A DNA stretch of 64,000 nt from NCBI GenBank assembly GCA_905203475.1, contig CAJKWD010000002.1, positions 1,658 to 65,657 on the forward strand, in the 5' to 3' direction. Each line of letters opens with the position of its first letter. Within the stretch, counting starts at the first letter, position 1. Position numbers and translations under genes: made by a program. Below, in pieces: positions 43,853 to 53,680 of this stretch. Source of the stretch: an uncultured Acholeplasmataceae bacterium (GTDB taxonomy: Bacteria > Bacillota_I > Bacilli_A > RF39 > UBA660). The notes beneath the pieces are model-generated. The model saw only the letters and a program-made list of their open reading frames with translations. It was not told the DNA's origin and did not search any database.

Positions 43853-44149
43853 ATGATTATGTATGAGAAAAGAGGCGATAAGGTGGAAGCTACATTTCAA
43901 TCAGAACAAGAATTGTATCGACATGTTATGCCTGCTCTTCATGCGAAACGGATGGATTTAAAACGTCATCAATTACCATATATCAAGGAGGAAGATATAT
44001 GGAATTATTTAAAAGAAAAAGAGTGGGTGCAGAAAAAAGATTTAGAATTATATCACATTGTAAGTGATATTATGAATTGTGATGAAGTAAAATTAGATGA
44101 TTATTTTAAAACCGTGTTAGAGAGAAAAAGAAGGAGACCAATTTTGTAA
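43853..44149 (+). CDS. ComN/YrzD-like post-transcriptional regulator
   Basis: LYRHVMPALHAKR...EDIWNYLKEKEW.....LYHIVSDIM matches the ComN family. Sits immediately upstream of secDF, as in Bacillus. The start is ambiguous (43853, 43859 or GTG 43883). Confidence 0.65.
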   Translation: MIMYEKRGDKVEATFQSEQELYRHVMPALHAKRMDLKRHQLPYIKEEDIWNYLKEKEWVQKKDLELYHIVSDIMNCDEVKLDDYFKTVLERKRRRPIL

Positions 44150-44169
44150 GATTTTAGGAGGAAGAACAT

Positions 44170-46452
44170 ATGAAGAAGAAGAAAAACAGCAAAAAAGTCA
44201 TTTTGTATACCGTGATTATGGTATTACTATCTATTGGATTAGGATTATCAATTAAACCAATATTTGGACAATTAAATTTTGGATTGGATTTACAAGGTGG
44301 TTTTGAAATTCTATATCAAGTAAAAAGTGTAGATGGAGAAAAAGTAACGAAAGATATGGTTACTAATACGTATAAAACAGTCGAGAGAAGAATTGATAGT
44401 TTAGGTGTTACTGAACCAAGTATTGTGGTAGAAGGTGACGATAAAATACGTATTCAAATTGCCGGTGTTACAGATCCTGATGAAGCACGTAGTATGTTGA
44501 AGCAAGCAGCGAATTTAACATTCCGTGATACAAGTGATAATCTACTTATGACTGCTTCAGTATTACGTAGTGGAGGAGCTAAAATATCAACTGACACAAG
44601 TGGTAGACCTGCTGTTGCACTTAGTGTTAAAGATAAAGATAAATTTTATGATGTAACGAAAAAGATTAGTACCATGAAAGATAACCGCATCGTTATTTGG
44701 CTAGACTATGAAGATGGTGATTCTTTCCAAACTGAACAGTATATGTGTGGAACAGAAAATTCTAACTGTCTTAGTGTAGCATCAGTATCACAAGGATTTG
44801 CCAGTGATGTAATTATCCAAGGTAACTTTACAGAAGATGAAGTTAGTAATCTTGTTGATTTAATTAATTCTGGTAGTTTGCCAACGAAATTAGAAGAAAT
44901 TTCATCTAAAACTGTAGGTGCTCAATTTGGTGATCAATCATTAAATATGACATTTACTGCAGGAGTGATTGCCGTTATCTTAATTATGGCACTTATGATT
45001 TACTTATATCGTTTTGCAGGACTTGTATCTAGTTTTGGATTATTAATATATACAGTTTTAACATTTGGTACTTACTGGTTGATTGGTGGTGTGTTAACAC
45101 TTCCGGGTATTGCCGCTGTCGTGATCGGAATTGGTATGGCTGTAGATGCCAATGTTATTACATATTCTAGAATTCGTGATGAATTATATAAAGGAACTGA
45201 TCTCGATATGGCCTTTAAATTAGGAAATAAAGAGTCGTTCTGGACAATTTTTGATTCAAACTTTACAACATTGATTGTAGCTGTTATTTTATTTATCTTT
45301 GGAGAGAGTAGTGTAAAAGGATTTGCTACATTATTGATTATTAGTATTTTTGTGACAATGTTTATCATGGTATTCATTTTAAGACATATCTTAAAATTAT
45401 TTGTCAATACTGGTTGGTTCCAAGATAAACCAAGGTTGTTTGTAGGAGCAAAAAGAAAATGGATTCCAGATCGCAAGAAGAATGAAAAACCTACTTATAA
45501 GCCATTTTCAAAAATTGATTTTGCAAATAAACGTAAAGTATTCTATACCATTTCTATTGTCTTAGTAATTGCTGGAGTTATATCTCTTGCAACGCAAGGA
45601 TTACAATTAGGAATTGATTTTAAAGGTGGTAGCAGTATTACAGTAACTGGAGAAAAAGAAATCCCTAAGAAAGAATTCCGCAATGATTTAAAAGAATTAG
45701 GTTACGAAATTGAAAATATCGATGAATTAACTGGTGGAGCAATGAGCGCTCGTATTGAAAATACTTTATCGCAAAAAGAAATTAAAGAAACAGAAAATTA
45801 CTTTAATGATAAATATGAGGCAACGACTGAAATTGGAGTTGTATCTGATATTGTTAAAAAAGAATTGATTAAAAATGCCGTTATTTCCTTATTGTTAGCT
45901 GGCCTTGCCATTGGACTTTATATTTCAATGTGTTTTACATTTACATATGCGGTTGGTGCGATTGTTGCACTATTACACGATGTATTTATGATGATTGGTT
46001 TGTTTAGTATCTTTAGATTGGAAGTCAATAGTATGTTTATAGCTGCAATGCTTTCTATTGTTGGTTACTCTATCAATGATACCATTGTTACATTCGATCG
46101 TATTCGTGAAAATATTGAGAAAAAATATCATGGTAAGTTAAAGAAGAAAGAACAATATATGGAAGTTGTCAATGCAAGTTTAAGAGAAACATTCGGACGT
46201 AGTTTAGTAACGACATTTACAACATTAATTCCAGTTGTAATATTAATTTTCTTAGGAAGTCATGAAATTTTGAACTTTAATATTGCACTGATGTTTGGTT
46301 TAGTTTCAGGAGTATACAGTTCTTTATTTATCGCCAGTCAATTATGGTTAGATTTAGATTATAGACGTAATTTTAAAAATCAAAAGAGACCAAAGAAAAA
46401 GGTACCGAAAAAAGAAGATGAAGAAATTTTAATTAAAGGAATTAATGCATAG
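44170..46452 (+). CDS. secDF: Protein translocase subunit SecDF (fused)
   Basis: 760 aa. SecD (LGLDLQGG) and SecF halves, each with a 6-TM bundle. Confidence 0.95.
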   Translation: MKKKKNSKKVILYTVIMVLLSIGLGLSIKPIFGQLNFGLDLQGGFEILYQVKSVDGEKVTKDMVTNTYKTVERRIDSLGVTEPSIVVEGDDKIRIQIAGVTDPDEARSMLKQAANLTFRDTSDNLLMTASVLRSGGAKISTDTSGRPAVALSVKDKDKFYDVTKKISTMKDNRIVIWLDYEDGDSFQTEQYMCGTENSNCLSVASVSQGFASDVIIQGNFTEDEVSNLVDLINSGSLPTKLEEISSKTVGAQFGDQSLNMTFTAGVIAVILIMALMIYLYRFAGLVSSFGLLIYTVLTFGTYWLIGGVLTLPGIAAVVIGIGMAVDANVITYSRIRDELYKGTDLDMAFKLGNKESFWTIFDSNFTTLIVAVILFIFGESSVKGFATLLIISIFVTMFIMVFILRHILKLFVNTGWFQDKPRLFVGAKRKWIPDRKKNEKPTYKPFSKIDFANKRKVFYTISIVLVIAGVISLATQGLQLGIDFKGGSSITVTGEKEIPKKEFRNDLKELGYEIENIDELTGGAMSARIENTLSQKEIKETENYFNDKYEATTEIGVVSDIVKKELIKNAVISLLLAGLAIGLYISMCFTFTYAVGAIVALLHDVFMMIGLFSIFRLEVNSMFIAAMLSIVGYSINDTIVTFDRIRENIEKKYHGKLKKKEQYMEVVNASLRETFGRSLVTTFTTLIPVVILIFLGSHEILNFNIALMFGLVSGVYSSLFIASQLWLDLDYRRNFKNQKRPKKKVPKKEDEEILIKGINA

Positions 46453-46464
46453 GAAAGTGATAAA

Positions 46465-48636
46465 ATGACAAAAGTAAACCAAAATATACGTTTTGAAAAT
46501 GTATTAAATCTTTTAAAAACGTATATCAAAAAAGAAGACGAATTGAGTTTGATTCACGATGCATATTTATATGCAAAAGAAAAGCATCAGGGTGAAGTAC
46601 GCTTAACAGGGGATGATTATATTAATCATCCTTTGAATGTTGCTTACATCCTTGCTAATATGCAAGCAGATTATCAGACTATCTGTGCTGGACTTCTTCA
46701 CGATATTTTAGAAAATCCCGAAAATTCGAAAGACGAATTGAAAGAAAAGTTTGGAGAAGATATCTACGCGCTAGTTGAGGGAATCACGACGATTAATCGC
46801 CTTAGTTTTAATGGCGATAACGATTCGAAATTAGCAAGTCAAAGAAAAATATTAGTAGGACTCACAGAAGATGTTCGTGTTATTTTTATTAAACTAGCTG
46901 ATCGTCTTCATAATATGCGTACATTGTGGGCGATTGATTCAAAAGCACAAAAAGAAAAAGCAAGGGAAACGTTAGATATTTTAGTTCCAATTGCTGCCCG
47001 CTTGGGAATGAACCAAATCAAGGGTGAATTAGAAGATCTATGTCTTCGTTATTTGAAGCCTGATGTTTACTTTTCAATTGTAGAAGCATTAAATGAGACA
47101 AAATTAGAACGTGATCAAACCGTTGAAAAGATGATTGCCGAAGTTGAAAAAGTATTAGAGGTAAATCATATTCCTCATAAAATTAAAGGGCGTAGTAAAA
47201 GCATTTATAGTATTTATAAAAAAATGGACAAAGGAAAAAGTTTCCGCACAATCTATGATTTATTTGCCATGAGAATCTATGTCAATACAGAGAGTGAATG
47301 TTATCAAGTACTAGGTTTAATTCATGCAAAATTTAAACCAATGCCAAAACGTTTTAAAGATTATGTTGCTAACCCAAAACCGAATATGTATCAATCTTTA
47401 CATACAACTGTATTTGGTATTGATGGTAAATTATTTGAAATACAAATTAGAACTTATGAGATGGATGCAATTGCTGAAAATGGAATTGCTTCGCACTGGT
47501 CTTATAAAGAAAATGGAAGTAATGTAAAAGCAAATATTCAAAATGCAATGGAACAAAAATTACAATTCTTTAAAACTATGATGGAACTACGTAAAGAAGA
47601 AACGAGTGATGAGGCATTTGTCGATTCTGTTAAGTCAGATATTTTAAAGGAAAGTATTTATGTATTTACTCCAAAAGGGGATGCAATTGAACTTCCTAAC
47701 GGATCAACACCAATTGATTTTGCTTATCGTGTTCATAGTAAAGTAGGAGATAGTATGGTTGGGGCTATTGTCAATAATCAGATTGTTCCACTAGACTATG
47801 TTTTAAAAGATGGCGATATTGTTAATATTAAGACGAATAAGAGTGCTATTCCATCTAAGGAATGGATGAATATTGCTTATACACAACAAGCTAAAAATAA
47901 AATTAAAGCATTTTTTAATAAAATAGATAAAGAAGAGTATTTGAAAAAAGGCGAAGAAGAAGTTAAAGCGGAGTTACGCAAGAGAAAAGTTTCTTTTAAT
48001 GAATTTTTTACTCCAGAAAATACAGAGAAAATGTTATCTGAGATGAAATGTGCTAATATGGAAGAGTTGTATACTAATATTGGTAACGGTAAAACAACTG
48101 CTACTTTAGCACTTAATACCATTCAAAATAATAATGATACAAAAGAAGAATTGATTTTAAAGAAAGTTACAGATCGTGAAATTAAACCAGTTGTCATTAA
48201 AGATGATATTATTGTCGAGGGAATTGATTCTATTAAAGTCAATGTGGCTAATTGTTGTCAACCGATTCCAGGAGATCATATTGTTGGATATATTACCAAA
48301 GGAAATGGAATTAGTGTACACCGTATGAGTTGTCCGAATATGGAAAACGTAGATGAACGTGTGATTGCTGTTCATTGGAATGATACAGTATCTAAAAAAT
48401 ATCATACAAGTTTATTAATCGAAGCAGAAAATACTAAGAATGTATTATTAGATATTATTTCTAAGACATCGAGTGGAGATATTATTGTCGATAGTATTAA
48501 TACTTTAAAGAGAAGTGGAGATACTTCTTTGATTGAAGTGACAATTCGTGTTTCGAATCTCGAAAAATTAAAAAAATTTATGCATGACTTAGAGAGTTTA
48601 AAACATATCATATCAGTAGAAAGGTTAATTAAATAA
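46465..48636 (+). CDS. relA: Bifunctional (p)ppGpp synthetase/hydrolase RelA/SpoT homolog
   Basis: HD domain (HPLNVA..LHD), synthetase domain (KSIYSIYKKM, RIYV, YQSLHTTV, EIQIRT), and TGS and ACT domains. Confidence 0.96.
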   Translation: MTKVNQNIRFENVLNLLKTYIKKEDELSLIHDAYLYAKEKHQGEVRLTGDDYINHPLNVAYILANMQADYQTICAGLLHDILENPENSKDELKEKFGEDIYALVEGITTINRLSFNGDNDSKLASQRKILVGLTEDVRVIFIKLADRLHNMRTLWAIDSKAQKEKARETLDILVPIAARLGMNQIKGELEDLCLRYLKPDVYFSIVEALNETKLERDQTVEKMIAEVEKVLEVNHIPHKIKGRSKSIYSIYKKMDKGKSFRTIYDLFAMRIYVNTESECYQVLGLIHAKFKPMPKRFKDYVANPKPNMYQSLHTTVFGIDGKLFEIQIRTYEMDAIAENGIASHWSYKENGSNVKANIQNAMEQKLQFFKTMMELRKEETSDEAFVDSVKSDILKESIYVFTPKGDAIELPNGSTPIDFAYRVHSKVGDSMVGAIVNNQIVPLDYVLKDGDIVNIKTNKSAIPSKEWMNIAYTQQAKNKIKAFFNKIDKEEYLKKGEEEVKAELRKRKVSFNEFFTPENTEKMLSEMKCANMEELYTNIGNGKTTATLALNTIQNNNDTKEELILKKVTDREIKPVVIKDDIIVEGIDSIKVNVANCCQPIPGDHIVGYITKGNGISVHRMSCPNMENVDERVIAVHWNDTVSKKYHTSLLIEAENTKNVLLDIISKTSSGDIIVDSINTLKRSGDTSLIEVTIRVSNLEKLKKFMHDLESLKHIISVERLIK

Positions 48637-49079
48637 TGAGAGTAATTTTACAAAGAGTTACTTCTGCTTCTGTTGTAATAGATCATAAATGTGTGGGACA
48701 AATTGATCAAGGATATTTAGTTTTAGTTGGTTTTACACATGATGATACAGAAGCAGATATTGACTATATGGTAGAGAAAGTAAAAAACTTACGTGTATTT
48801 TCTGATGAAGATGGGAATATGAACCGTTCTTTATGTGATATTCAAGGTAAAATCTTAAGCGTTTCACAATTTACTTTATATGCTGACGCAAGAAAAGGAC
48901 GTCGACCTAGTTTTATAAATGCAATGAAACCTGAATTAGCAACGAAAATGTATGATTTATGGAATGAAAAATTGAGACAAGCTGGGATTGAGGTACAAAC
49001 AGGTATTTTTGGAGCAGATATGAAAGTAACACTGACTAATGATGGACCAGTTACTATTTGTCTAGAAAGTAGGAAATAA
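48636..49079 (+). CDS. dtd: D-aminoacyl-tRNA deacylase
   Basis: MRVILQRV...SQFTLYAD...GRRPSF...NDGPVT. Confidence 0.95.
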   Translation: MRVILQRVTSASVVIDHKCVGQIDQGYLVLVGFTHDDTEADIDYMVEKVKNLRVFSDEDGNMNRSLCDIQGKILSVSQFTLYADARKGRRPSFINAMKPELATKMYDLWNEKLRQAGIEVQTGIFGADMKVTLTNDGPVTICLESRK

Positions 49080-49081
49080 TT

Positions 49082-50161
49082 ATGATAAAGAATAAAATGG
49101 ATTATCGTTTAGTGAATATTGCGCTTGTGGTACTAACAATTTTTTTACTATACCAAACGGGACATTTATGGATGGGAGTTACAGATAAAATTATTGCAAT
49201 TATTACTCCTTTCTTTATTGGATTTATTGTTGCTTATGCATTATATCCAGCTTGTAAATGGCTCCAAGATCATCGTGTACCAAAAGGGCTTAGTATTTTT
49301 TTAGTCATTGCTTTGGTACTTGCAATTTTCGCAATTATATTGATTTTAGTTGTTCCATTATTATTTGATCAATTATCTAGTCTATTTAATAATATTATTG
49401 CCTTTTTGAAAGAATTAAGTATTGGTCATGATTTAAATATTGGATCATTACAAAAATCTCTTTCATCTAGTTTTAATGATATTATCAAAGATTTAGGCAA
49501 ATATGTATCAGATGGAGCAATCAATGTGATTGGTGTATCATTAGGTGTTATTTCAACAGCTGTTATTTCTTTTTCAGCAAGTATATATTTACTATCAGAT
49601 ATGGAACGTATTCGTTCTAGTTTCAAATCTTATTTGATGAGAAAATCAAAAAAGGCATATCGTTATTTTTCTATTTTGGATAAAGAAATGAAAGCATATT
49701 TAACAGGATTTTTAAAAATCGTAGTTATTACATTATTTGAATATACTTTGACATTCTATTTTATTGGCCATCCAAATGCACTGTTATTGGGTTGCCTAGC
49801 AGCAGTAGCTAATTTAATTCCTTATTTTGGTGGTATTATTACAAACTGTATCGCATGTATTACGGCATTTGTAACCAGTCCATGGCTATTCTTTAAAACA
49901 TTAATTGCTTTCTTTATTCTATCTAGTATAGACGGTTATGTAGTAAATCCACTTGTCTATGGTAAGACGAATGAAGTCCATCCAATTTTTGTTATCTTTA
50001 GTGTTTTTGCTGGAGGAATTTTAATGGGGGTTCCAGGAATTATTTTATCATTGCCAGTTGCTATTTTAATTCAGGCAACGATTAAATTCTTTAAACCAGA
50101 AATTAAAGATAAATTGGATGATATGAAAGAGATATCATTACTTGAAAAAGAAAATAGTTAG
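49082..50161 (+). CDS. AI-2E family transporter (PerM/UPF0118)
   Basis: Eight TM segments and the conserved IPYFGG and VNPLVYGK blocks. Confidence 0.85.
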   Translation: MIKNKMDYRLVNIALVVLTIFLLYQTGHLWMGVTDKIIAIITPFFIGFIVAYALYPACKWLQDHRVPKGLSIFLVIALVLAIFAIILILVVPLLFDQLSSLFNNIIAFLKELSIGHDLNIGSLQKSLSSSFNDIIKDLGKYVSDGAINVIGVSLGVISTAVISFSASIYLLSDMERIRSSFKSYLMRKSKKAYRYFSILDKEMKAYLTGFLKIVVITLFEYTLTFYFIGHPNALLLGCLAAVANLIPYFGGIITNCIACITAFVTSPWLFFKTLIAFFILSSIDGYVVNPLVYGKTNEVHPIFVIFSVFAGGILMGVPGIILSLPVAILIQATIKFFKPEIKDKLDDMKEISLLEKENS

Positions 50162-50183
50162 GAGTAAATTCTAACTATTTTTA
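50151..50183 (+). terminator. Rho-independent terminator
   Basis: aaaatagttag-gagtaaatt-ctaactatttt. Confidence 0.6.
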
Positions 50184-50222
50184 AATATTGCAAAAAGTAT
50201 GTTAAATCGTAAAAAATATACA

Positions 50223-50251
50223 TTGACCAATAATATAAAATAAGTTATACT
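50223..50251 (+). promoter_or_regulatory. Sigma-A promoter TTGACC-17-TATACT
   Basis: -35 at 50223-50228 and -10 at 50246-50251. Confidence 0.65.
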
Positions 50252-50270
50252 ATAAATATATTAAATGTCT

Positions 50271-50461
50271 GTGTGAAGGAGTACATGATTTATTTTAATA
50301 AAGAGACTATGTGGTTGGTGGAAACATAGATAAAAGAATCGTGGAAGACATCATACGTTAAGAACATACGTGTGCTCGCGTTAAGAGATGAGAGTATAGA
50401 CTAGTCTATGAATTAAGGTGGCACCGCGGGGTAACTCGTCCTTAAGTCATGGGCTTTTTTA
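50271..50461 (+). promoter_or_regulatory. T-box riboswitch leader, tRNA-Asp specific (specifier GAC at 50347-50349)
   Basis: Stem I was folded by hand: guguga/ucauac lower helix, AGGAGUA 5' loop, caugauuu/gaaucgug upper helix, and 3' loop GAA-GAC-A. AGAGA bulge and distal loop are present. T-box sequence AAUUAAGGUGGCACCGCG at 50411-50428, with UGGC pairing to a G73 discriminator. U-run at 50455-50460. Confidence 0.85.
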
Positions 50462-50482
50462 TGTTTAGAAAGGTGGATATTT

Positions 50483-51022
50483 GTGCAGATACAAGATGTA
50501 ATAGAAAAAAGAAGAAGTATTAGACATTATTTAGATACGAGTTTGCGTGAAGAAGATATTGCCCGTATTTTAAAAGCTGGGACTTTAGCACCTTCTGCTC
50601 ACAATAAACAACCATGGTTTATACATGTAGTGGAAAATGAAGATTTAAAAAATAAAATAGCAGATATATTGATGCAAAAAGAAGATGCAAGCATTCAAAA
50701 TACGGCTCGTATTATAAAAGAAGCTCCTGTTTTATTTGTTGTTTTCGAAGAGAAAACAGATTTGAGTGTAAAGATGCAACAACAATCGCTTGGTGCTTTT
50801 ATGGAAAACATGTGTTTAGAAGCAACTGCACTAGGAATTGGAAGTTTATGGATAGGTCATATTTTAGAAGTAGAAAAAGAAGTAAAGCAATTATTTCACG
50901 AGAAAAGAAAAGTGGCTTGTGCTATGACACTCGGTTATACAGATGCTAATCCAAGTCCAAGACCACGTAAGAGTTTAAAAGATATGATACAGATTCATGA
51001 TGAAGAGGAGGAAGTAGAATGA
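50483..51022 (+). CDS. Nitroreductase-family protein
   Basis: GTG start with an AAAGGTGG RBS. IEKRRSIRHY, APSAHNKQPW. Confidence 0.85.
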   Translation: MQIQDVIEKRRSIRHYLDTSLREEDIARILKAGTLAPSAHNKQPWFIHVVENEDLKNKIADILMQKEDASIQNTARIIKEAPVLFVVFEEKTDLSVKMQQQSLGAFMENMCLEATALGIGSLWIGHILEVEKEVKQLFHEKRKVACAMTLGYTDANPSPRPRKSLKDMIQIHDEEEEVE

Positions 51023-52371
51023 TACAGAAACCAAAAGGAACATATGATGTATATGGTGAATATGGAGAAAAAATTCAATATTTAGAAAAGTTATTAAGTG
51101 CATTAATGGAAAAATATCACTATGAATTTGTTCGTACTCCTATTTTTGAAGCAAGTTCATTATTTCATAGAGGTGTAGGTGAAACGACAGATATTGTTAG
51201 TAAAGAGACATATGATTTTAAGGATCGTGGAAATCGTGATATGACTTTACGCCCAGAGGGAACTGCAGGAGTAGTACGTTCTTTTATTGAGAATAAAATG
51301 TATACACGTGCTAGTATGCCTGTCAAAGCATGGTATTATGGACCAATGTTTCGCTACGAAAGACCACAAGCAGGACGTTTTCGCGAATTCTATCAATTTG
51401 GTGTAGAAGTTTTTGGTAGTACTAGTCCTATGTTAGATGCTGAAGTGATCAGTATTCCTGTTACATTATTCCGTTTATTAGGGCTAAAAGGAGTAAAAGT
51501 AAAGATTAATAGTTTAGGAGACAGAGAATCAAGAACAGCATATCGTGAAGCATTATTAAAGCATTTTAAACCACATTTAAACGAACTATGTCACGATTGT
51601 CAAGAACGATATCTGAAGAATCCACTTCGTATTTTAGATTGCAAAGTAGATCGTGAATTAGAATGCATGCAAAAAGCTCCGAAATTAAGTGATTACTTAT
51701 CAGAACAATCAAAACAACATTTTGAAGCATTAAAACAATATTTAGATGCCTTAAACATTGATTATACAGTTGATGAACATTTAGTTAGAGGATTAGATTA
51801 CTATACAGAAACAGTATTTGAAGTAGAGGCAGATATTAAAGATTTTGGAAGTAATAATGTCCTTTGTGCCGGGGGACGATATAATCATTTAGTAGAAAAC
51901 TTAGATGGCCCTTCTACACCTGGAGTAGGTTTTGCTCTTGGCTATGAAAGAATCTTAAATGCAATTGAAGCAGAGGGAATCGAGTTAGAGAATGAAAATC
52001 AAGTCGATGTATATATGATTCCAATGAGTGATAAAACAAAGACGGAAGCATTTTGTTTAACACAAACATTACGTATGAATGGTTTTACGGCGGAAACAGA
52101 TTATTTAAATCGTACTTTAAAAGGAAACTTTAAACAAGCAGACCGTCTAAGAGCAAAATTTATTGTATTATTAGGTGAAGATGAGCAAAAAGAACATATT
52201 TATACAATTAAGAACAATCAGACGAAAGAAGAATATAAAATTGATCAAGATTATATTGTTATGTTTTTAGATGAAAAATTAGAAGAAATAGAAGTAGGAA
52301 GTAGTGAACATACATGTCAACATAATCATGAATGTCATTGCCATGAAGGAGGTTGTCAACATCATGAGTAG
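51019..52371 (+). CDS. hisS: Histidyl-tRNA synthetase with a C-terminal His/Cys-rich tail
   Basis: RPEGTAGVVR, YYGPMFRYERPQAGRFREF, GGRYN, GFALGYER. The tail is SEHTCQHNHECHCHEGGCQHHE. Confidence 0.95.
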   Translation: MIQKPKGTYDVYGEYGEKIQYLEKLLSALMEKYHYEFVRTPIFEASSLFHRGVGETTDIVSKETYDFKDRGNRDMTLRPEGTAGVVRSFIENKMYTRASMPVKAWYYGPMFRYERPQAGRFREFYQFGVEVFGSTSPMLDAEVISIPVTLFRLLGLKGVKVKINSLGDRESRTAYREALLKHFKPHLNELCHDCQERYLKNPLRILDCKVDRELECMQKAPKLSDYLSEQSKQHFEALKQYLDALNIDYTVDEHLVRGLDYYTETVFEVEADIKDFGSNNVLCAGGRYNHLVENLDGPSTPGVGFALGYERILNAIEAEGIELENENQVDVYMIPMSDKTKTEAFCLTQTLRMNGFTAETDYLNRTLKGNFKQADRLRAKFIVLLGEDEQKEHIYTIKNNQTKEEYKIDQDYIVMFLDEKLEEIEVGSSEHTCQHNHECHCHEGGCQHHE

Positions 52372-53680
52372 AATTACCATCAAAGAATTAGAAAATCATA
52401 TTGGAGAAACAGTAGAAGTACAAGCTTTTATAGCTAATATTAGAGATTTACAATACGTTCAATTTGTCATTTTAAGAGATGGAACTGGAACAATTCAAAT
52501 GACAATTGAAAAAAGTGAAGAAAAAAATAAAGAGTTTGTTGAACTCATTAGTAATACCACTTTAGAAAGTACAATCAAAGCAAAAGTACTTGTTTCTAAA
52601 AATGAGAAAGTAAAATTACGTGGTATGGAATTGATACCAGAAACGATTGAAATTACAAGTAAATCTTTACCAGAACTTCCAATTGATATCAAAGATAAGG
52701 ATAAAACATTGCGAGAAACCAGATTAGATTATCGTTTTTTAGATTTACGTCGTGATGATAATCATTTGCTTTTTCAAGCTGAAACCATTTTTGAACACGC
52801 AGCAAGAGAGTTTTTCTTAAAAAATAATTTTATAGAAATACATAGTCCAAAAATTAGTGCAAAAGCAGCTGAAAGTGGAGCAGAAGTATTTCATTTGGAT
52901 TATTTTGGACAAGAAGCATGTCTATCTCAATCACCACAGTTTTATAAACAAATGGCTATGGCCAGTGGTTTTGATCAAGTATTTGAGATTGGTCCTGCTT
53001 TTCGTGCTGAAAATTCTCATACTTCTTATCATGCAACAGAAATTAATATGTTGGATGTAGAAGCAAGTTGGTTATCAGATGAAAATGAAGTGATGAATAT
53101 TGAAGAAAATTTATTAAAATATATGTTTACACGTTTAAAAGAAACTTATGGCAAGGAAATTGAAGAGACCTTCCATGTGACTTTAAGTGATGTCAGTGTT
53201 AAATTCCCTCGTATTACGTTTCAGGAAGCAAAAAGAATTTTAAAAGAGGAAATGAATTTTGTAGGGGAGAGAACAGATGATTTTGAAAGACACGAAGAAG
53301 AATTGTTATGTCAGTATGCAAAGGAAAAGTATGGCAGTGATTTTATCTTTGTAACAAAATTCCCATTTGCTGCTCGTCCTTTCTATCATATGTTGGATGA
53401 AAATGGTCTTACAAAAAGTTATGACTTGTTATTTAAGGGAGTTGAAATTACGACTGGAGCAATTCGTGAACATCGTATTGATCAATTGACAAAACAAATT
53501 ATTGAGAAAGAAATTGATCCAAAATCATTAGAATTTTATTTAGAATTTTTCAAATACGGATGTCCACCACACGGTGGGTTTGCAATTGGAATTGCTCGTA
53601 TGATGATGGAAATTTTTGAAATCGATAATATTCGTGAAGCAACATTTATTTATCGTGGACCAACGAGGTTAAACCCATAA
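52364..53680 (+). CDS. aspS: Aspartyl-tRNA synthetase, short archaeal/eukaryal type (type 2, 438 aa)
   Basis: OB-fold N-terminus, LSQSPQFYKQ (the Asp-specific QSPQ), FRAENSHTSYHATE and GGFAIGIARMMM. No GAD insertion. The start overlaps the hisS stop codon (ATGAGTAG). Confidence 0.85.
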   Translation: MSRITIKELENHIGETVEVQAFIANIRDLQYVQFVILRDGTGTIQMTIEKSEEKNKEFVELISNTTLESTIKAKVLVSKNEKVKLRGMELIPETIEITSKSLPELPIDIKDKDKTLRETRLDYRFLDLRRDDNHLLFQAETIFEHAAREFFLKNNFIEIHSPKISAKAAESGAEVFHLDYFGQEACLSQSPQFYKQMAMASGFDQVFEIGPAFRAENSHTSYHATEINMLDVEASWLSDENEVMNIEENLLKYMFTRLKETYGKEIEETFHVTLSDVSVKFPRITFQEAKRILKEEMNFVGERTDDFERHEEELLCQYAKEKYGSDFIFVTKFPFAARPFYHMLDENGLTKSYDLLFKGVEITTGAIREHRIDQLTKQIIEKEIDPKSLEFYLEFFKYGCPPHGGFAIGIARMMMEIFEIDNIREATFIYRGPTRLNP

